From Candidatus Bathyarchaeota archaeon (GTDB taxonomy: Archaea; Thermoproteota; Bathyarchaeia; Hecatellales; Hecatellaceae): DNA of 64,000 nt. The stretch covers positions 1 to 64,000 of the forward strand of contig JBQPWD010000004.1 in assembly GCA_052246995.1 (NCBI GenBank). The letters are read 5' to 3'. The position numbers were made by a program, and so were the translations under genes. A model generated the notes under the pieces. The model was not told where the DNA came from. It saw only the letters and a list, made by a program, of their open reading frames with translations, and made no database searches. Below are positions 59,383 to 64,000 of the stretch, piece after piece (positions within the stretch are counted from its first letter, which is position 1; every line of letters begins with the position of its first letter).

Positions 59383-61854
59383 GTGAGGTTAAGGAAGGTT
59401 AAGATGGAGTTTTACGGTTACATCGGAAAGATTGCAAGAATAAACCTTACAACAGGAAGTATTAAAGCTGAAACGTTAAACCCCAAAATAGCTTACAATT
59501 TCCTTGGTGGAAGGGGTTACGCGGCAAAGATTCTTTATGATGAGCTTAAACCGAACATTCCTCCACTAAGTGAGGAAAACAAGCTAATCTTCATGACTGG
59601 TCCACTAACAGGAACAGACTTTCCAGGGTCAGGTAGAATTTCCATAAGCACAAAGTCCCCTTTAACAGGGACAATTTTTGACTCTTCCATGGGAGGGTCT
59701 TTTGGAACATATCTTAAAAGGTCAGGATATGACGGAATCATTCTTGAGGGTGCAGCTAAAAACCCTACATACATTCTCGTTGACAACGAAAAAGTGTTTA
59801 TAGAAGATGCATCTAGCTTACAAGGTGCATCCACCTTCACCACCGAAGAAAAGTTAAGAAGCCAGCATGGAGTTTGCGGAGTTGCTTGTATTGGTCCTGC
59901 TGGTGAAAACCTTGTTTACCTTGCAAATATAATGTCTGAGGGACGTACAGCTGGTAGGGGTGGTTTAGGTGCTGTTATGGGTTCTAAAAACCTTAAAGCT
60001 ATAGTTGTTAAGGGTGAGAAAAAAGTAAAAATTTTTGATGAAAAAGCATACCGTGTTCTTTTAAAAAAGATTAGGTTCATAATCGAGAATGATCCATTCA
60101 CAGGTTTTGATGGAACTCTTTCAAAGTTTGGTACAGCAGGAATTGTTCATAGGATTAGAAGTGCAGGAATTCTGCCTGTGGAAGATTTTTCAGGTAAAAT
60201 GCTAAGCTTTGAGGAGGCTGACAAGTTTTCCGGTGAAAGTATTAGAGAGAAGTTTTATTTTGGTAGAAAGGGATGTTACTTATGTCCCACTGCCTGTGGA
60301 AGAAGAGTTAAAGTTGAGAATATCATCGTTAAAGGTCCAGAGTATGAATCAATAGTTATGCTTGGACCAAACTCTGGGTTTTATGATTATGAAGAAATAA
60401 CTAAGCTTGCTTTAGAGTGTGATAAGCTTGGTTTGGATACTATTTCTACTGGAAATATTCTGGGTTATGCCAGACAGATTGGCATTATTTCAACATTTAA
60501 AGATGCGTTAAAGTTAATTGAGGAGATAGCCTATCATAGGTCGGTATTCGCTAAAGGTTTAAAAAATGCGGCAAAAATTTTCGGTAGAGATGCTGCTGAG
60601 GTTAAAGGGCTAGAAATTCCAGCATACGATCCTAGAGGAGCTTTAGGTATAGCTTTAGCTTATGCAACATCAAACAGAGGAGGATGTCATCTTAGGGCGT
60701 ACACCATTGCACCTGAAATTTTAAGCAATCCTGTTTACGTTGACCCAGCCACCGAGGTAGGTAAAGCGGAAATTGTGAAGAGAATGCAAGATGTTTTTGC
60801 TGTTTATGATAGTAGCATTATATGTAAGTACCATGGCTTATCCTTGTTTACTAGCCTAAAGTTTGAAGTTGAAGATTTGGCAAGAATTTTAACAAGCTTG
60901 ACAGGATTTAGATTTACAAATAACATTCTCCATGAGATTGGAGGAAGAATTTACAATGTAGAGAGACTTTTTAACTCTAGAGAAGGGTTTACTGTTGAGG
61001 ATGATAAACTACCTAGAAGGTTTAACTTAGACCTAAGCAAACTTTTAGTAGAATATTATAATGTAAGAGGATGGATTGAAGGTAAGCCTCAGCTTCCACC
61101 AAGCTTGCGTGAGGTTGAATATTCCGGAAGAGGAGAGTTAGCAATTACTTCTCTTATGAAACTTAAACCTCCACAGATTCAAGTTGCATTAGACATGGAT
61201 GCCGAGTTGGATACCATCGTAAAAGTTGCACAACAATCCTATATTGGTGGTGCAAGAATAATCGAGGCTGGAACGCCTGCAATTAAAAGACATGGAGTTG
61301 AAAAACTTATACCTGCCTTAAGAGAGGTGGCACCTGAAGCTTTAATAGTTGCTGACATGAAGATAGCTGATGCAGGTAAACTAGAGGCTAGAATAGCTTT
61401 AAGGGCAGGAGCAGATATTGTTGCCGTTTTAGGGATTGGTGGAGTTGAGAAGATTAAAGAAGCTTTAGGAGAAGCTATTAGGAATGATTGTGCAATTTTG
61501 ATAGACTTAATAGACTGTGAAGACCCTATTAAAAGGGCTGAAGAGCTTATTAAAGTTTTAAAAGGAAAAGAGGATTGGGTTATCTTCTGTCTTCATCGAG
61601 GAATAAGTGAACAAATGAGAAGTAGAGGAATTTACGATCAGAAAAGCTTAATCTCAGAGTTTAGAAAGAAGATCAATGGTTTTACAATGGCTATAGCCGG
61701 AGGTATAAGGGAGGGGACAGCTGGGGAGATAGCCTCCTGTGGTGTTGAAATTATAATTGTTGGAAGTGCAATTTATAACTCGGTAAATCCTGTAGAAACA
61801 ACAAAACGTTTCCTAGATGAAGTTAGAAAGATGTATAAAAAAGTCAGCTCCTGA
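59383..61854 (+). CDS. Aldehyde:ferredoxin oxidoreductase (W/Mo-pterin AOR family) fused to a C-terminal 3-hexulose-6-phosphate synthase domain
   Basis: Likely start ATG 59404. AOR motifs: GGRG, KSPLTG, GRGGLGAVMGSKNLKA, CYLCPTAC, EYE, D.LGLDTIS, RGGCHL. From ~61165 HPS motifs: QVALD, IEAGTP, VADMKIADAG, H.G, IAGGI, IVGSAI. One uninterrupted frame. Confidence 0.9.
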   Translation: MRLRKVKMEFYGYIGKIARINLTTGSIKAETLNPKIAYNFLGGRGYAAKILYDELKPNIPPLSEENKLIFMTGPLTGTDFPGSGRISISTKSPLTGTIFDSSMGGSFGTYLKRSGYDGIILEGAAKNPTYILVDNEKVFIEDASSLQGASTFTTEEKLRSQHGVCGVACIGPAGENLVYLANIMSEGRTAGRGGLGAVMGSKNLKAIVVKGEKKVKIFDEKAYRVLLKKIRFIIENDPFTGFDGTLSKFGTAGIVHRIRSAGILPVEDFSGKMLSFEEADKFSGESIREKFYFGRKGCYLCPTACGRRVKVENIIVKGPEYESIVMLGPNSGFYDYEEITKLALECDKLGLDTISTGNILGYARQIGIISTFKDALKLIEEIAYHRSVFAKGLKNAAKIFGRDAAEVKGLEIPAYDPRGALGIALAYATSNRGGCHLRAYTIAPEILSNPVYVDPATEVGKAEIVKRMQDVFAVYDSSIICKYHGLSLFTSLKFEVEDLARILTSLTGFRFTNNILHEIGGRIYNVERLFNSREGFTVEDDKLPRRFNLDLSKLLVEYYNVRGWIEGKPQLPPSLREVEYSGRGELAITSLMKLKPPQIQVALDMDAELDTIVKVAQQSYIGGARIIEAGTPAIKRHGVEKLIPALREVAPEALIVADMKIADAGKLEARIALRAGADIVAVLGIGGVEKIKEALGEAIRNDCAILIDLIDCEDPIKRAEELIKVLKGKEDWVIFCLHRGISEQMRSRGIYDQKSLISEFRKKINGFTMAIAGGIREGTAGEIASCGVEIIIVGSAIYNSVNPVETTKRFLDEVRKMYKKVSS

Positions 61855-62449
61855 GGCTGGGATGAAGCCTCTTACAAGAAACTTCTATGCTAGAGATACA
61901 GTTGTTGTTGCAAAGGCTTTACTTGGGAAACTTCTTGTAAGAAGATTGGGTAAAAAAATGCTTATCGGTAAAATTGTTGAGGTTGAAGCTTATAAAGGAT
62001 TTGAAGACCCTGCAAGTCATGCGTACAGGGGTGAAACTTCTCGAAACAAAGTTATGTTTGGAAGAGCAGGACATGCGTACATCTACTTTACATATGGAAA
62101 CCATTATCTTTTGAATGTTAAAACAGAAAGGATTGGAGTGCCAGGAGCAGTCTTGATAAGGGCTTTAGAACCTTTAGTTGGAGTAGAAACTATGCTGAAG
62201 CTTAGAGGTGTAAATGATGTTAGAAATCTTACTAATGGACCTGGTAAACTTACTAAGGCGTTAAACATTACAGCAAAGTTAAATGGTTTGGATTTAACAA
62301 GGGAAAATAAACTTTTTATTTGTAAGCCTAAAAACAATGAAAAATTTGAGGTAGAATGTGGCAGAAGGGTAGGCATAAAGGTTGGTTTAGATAAACTTTG
62401 GAGATTTTATGTTAAAAACAATCCTTATATTTCAAAAAGTAAAACTTAG
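61817..62449 (+). CDS. mpg: DNA-3-methyladenine glycosylase (MPG/AAG family)
   Basis: VAKALLGK, IVE.EAY.G..DPASH, Y.Y..YG, AVLIRA.EP, GPGKL, LWRF; probable start ATG 61862. Confidence 0.92.
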   Translation: MKLERCIKKSAPEAGMKPLTRNFYARDTVVVAKALLGKLLVRRLGKKMLIGKIVEVEAYKGFEDPASHAYRGETSRNKVMFGRAGHAYIYFTYGNHYLLNVKTERIGVPGAVLIRALEPLVGVETMLKLRGVNDVRNLTNGPGKLTKALNITAKLNGLDLTRENKLFICKPKNNEKFEVECGRRVGIKVGLDKLWRFYVKNNPYISKSKT

Positions 62450-62482
62450 GAGTAGTATAACGGTTTTTTAAAGTTTTGGATT

Positions 62483-63211
62483 ATGGTTAAAATAAGTTTA
62501 AAAGAAATTCCTAAAGTTCTTCTGGGCACCTCACCTTTTATTGGTGCAGGTCAGTTTGGTTTAAAAGCCTTAGAGTATTATAAAAACTTTTATCTTAATC
62601 CTTCAAACATTAAAAAAATTGTTAGAAAAAGTTTTGAAGTTGGAGTTAATGGTATTCAGCTTTTACCATTTAAACCAGTTATTGACGCTGTTGATGGGCT
62701 TTTAAAGGAAGGATTAAAGTTTAAAATTGTTAGTACTGTTACATTTGAAAGTTTTAAAAAGAATTTATTAGAAGAGGTTAAAAAGTTAAATCCAGTAGCT
62801 ATTTTACTGCATGCTGAGGTTGCAGATAGATGTAATGAAAACCTTTTTAAGAACTTACTTAGAGAAATTCAATTTAAAGGATATTTAACTGGTTTTGCAA
62901 CTCATCAACCATTAAAAACCTTAAGCTGGATTAAAAATACAAACCTAGAGTACGATATAGTAATGACACCACTAAACATTACTGGAGAATTCATAGATGG
63001 AAAACTTGAAGATTTAATTAAAATTTTAAAAGAGTTAGACAGGTTTGTAATTGCAAAAAAAGTTTTAGCCGCTGGAAAATTAAAACCAAAAGATGCGTTA
63101 GAGTATATTGCTAGGCTTAATTGTGTAAACGCTGTAGCTTTGGGAGTAACATCAGAAAGAGAAATTGAAGAAACTCTGGTATTGGCTAAGAAGATTCTTG
63201 ACAAAATCTAA
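62483..63211 (+). CDS. Uncharacterised TIM-barrel protein, distantly aldo/keto-reductase-like
   Basis: LLG.SPF.G..QF, G.ATH.P, M.P.N..G, IAKK.LAAG.L.P. Confidence 0.55.
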   Translation: MVKISLKEIPKVLLGTSPFIGAGQFGLKALEYYKNFYLNPSNIKKIVRKSFEVGVNGIQLLPFKPVIDAVDGLLKEGLKFKIVSTVTFESFKKNLLEEVKKLNPVAILLHAEVADRCNENLFKNLLREIQFKGYLTGFATHQPLKTLSWIKNTNLEYDIVMTPLNITGEFIDGKLEDLIKILKELDRFVIAKKVLAAGKLKPKDALEYIARLNCVNAVALGVTSEREIEETLVLAKKILDKI

Positions 63212-64000
63212 CCTACAGCTTCTTTTCCAACAACCCCAACAAGAAGATTCCATTCTTCACGAGTTTTTACAAAAACTCCACAATTTCCAATTTTAACGTT
63301 TTTTAAACCAACATCCTTCACAGCTAAATAGGTTTTAACCATCTCCATCAGAGTTGGCGGGCGGATACTTTTTAGCTTATAAGCTGGGAAAAAAGCTAAA
63401 ATGGTAAAAGGTATTTCGGGTTTAACCTCGTAAATAATCCTCGCAATTTTAACTATCTGGTCTATTTCAACCCAACCAGGAATGTATAAAGATAAGACTT
63501 CAAGAATAAATCCTTTATCAACAATCCATTCTGGTGTTTTAAGTATCCATTTATTTGTTGTTCCACAAAGCCTTCTATAAACATTTTCATCGTACGCTTT
63601 TATATCAAGCCAAAACGAATCCAAACCTGAGCTGGCCAGTAAATCAAGATTTTCCAAGGTAAGACCATAACCGTTAGTTTCAAGTAGAACTCAAATATTT
63701 TCTCCGCATATTTTTTTAATTTTTTCTGTTGATTGAGCATAAAAATCAGCCTGACAGACAACATCTCCACCAGTAAAAGCTACAATGTTTCTTGCAGGTC
63801 CATAACCTTGGGGGCTAAGAACAACCTGCTCTGGCTTAAGTTTTCCTGGACAAAGGTCACCTTTAACGCCTTTTGTTACACATAAACCACAATGATGGCA
63901 TAAGTCTGTTGCATGAAACATTGTTGCTCTTTCCCGCGGTTCCCAAACAGTAACAATCTCACTATAATCAGCAACCATTTCACCTATCTCATCAGTTGAA
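63208..64000 (-). pseudogene. Radical SAM (PflA/activating-enzyme-like) gene interrupted by an in-frame TGA; 5' end outside the window
   Basis: ORFs 63691-63978 and 63208-63657 share a frame: ...AFTGGD...GENI*VLLETNGYGLTLENLD...DIKA; frame is open to the window edge. Confidence 0.75.

Noticed and set aside
4415-62376. Many short ORFs antisense to or nested in well-supported genes (e.g. 4415-4855, 8081-8644, 19012-19404, 24421-24828, 30014-30860, 31419-31820, 32344-32745, 46410-46808)
   Set aside because: They overlap confidently identified genes and carry no recognisable motifs.
63691-63693. Genome-wide TGA reassignment or selenocysteine
   Set aside because: TGA terminates several conserved genes at their expected ends, and the position is not a recognisable Cys motif.

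Overview
AT-rich archaeal chromosomal segment, most likely TACK superphylum and Bathyarchaeia-like. This assignment is inferred from gene content: aRF1, S6e/S24e/S27ae/L37e, proteasome beta, aCPSF1, SepF, SmAP, DUF2258, PoK/PPS. Most of the window is core genome. It also holds a complex I-like group 4 [NiFe]-hydrogenase cluster with a divergent F420-binding FrhB/FpoF-like gene, an archaeal CoA-biosynthesis operon, scattered acyl-CoA enzymes, tRNA-Ala(GGC) and tRNA-Gly(TCC). The most striking signal is two different 3-hexulose-6-phosphate synthase (HPS) fusions. (1) An HPS-RraA/HMG-aldolase fusion sits inside the pok-pps-panE-coaBC operon, which has no panB; this suggests a folate-independent, formaldehyde-channelling ketopantoate synthase. 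(2) An aldehyde:ferredoxin oxidoreductase is fused to HPS, suggesting coupled release and oxidation of formaldehyde. Also notable: three tandem 49-nt hairpin repeats in the leader of a surface-protein gene, several palindromic operator candidates, a CoaBC lacking the conserved decarboxylase His, a tRNA-Gly with C33, and two pseudogenes. No CRISPR array, rRNA, integrase or transposase was seen. All family calls are by motif recognition, not database search.
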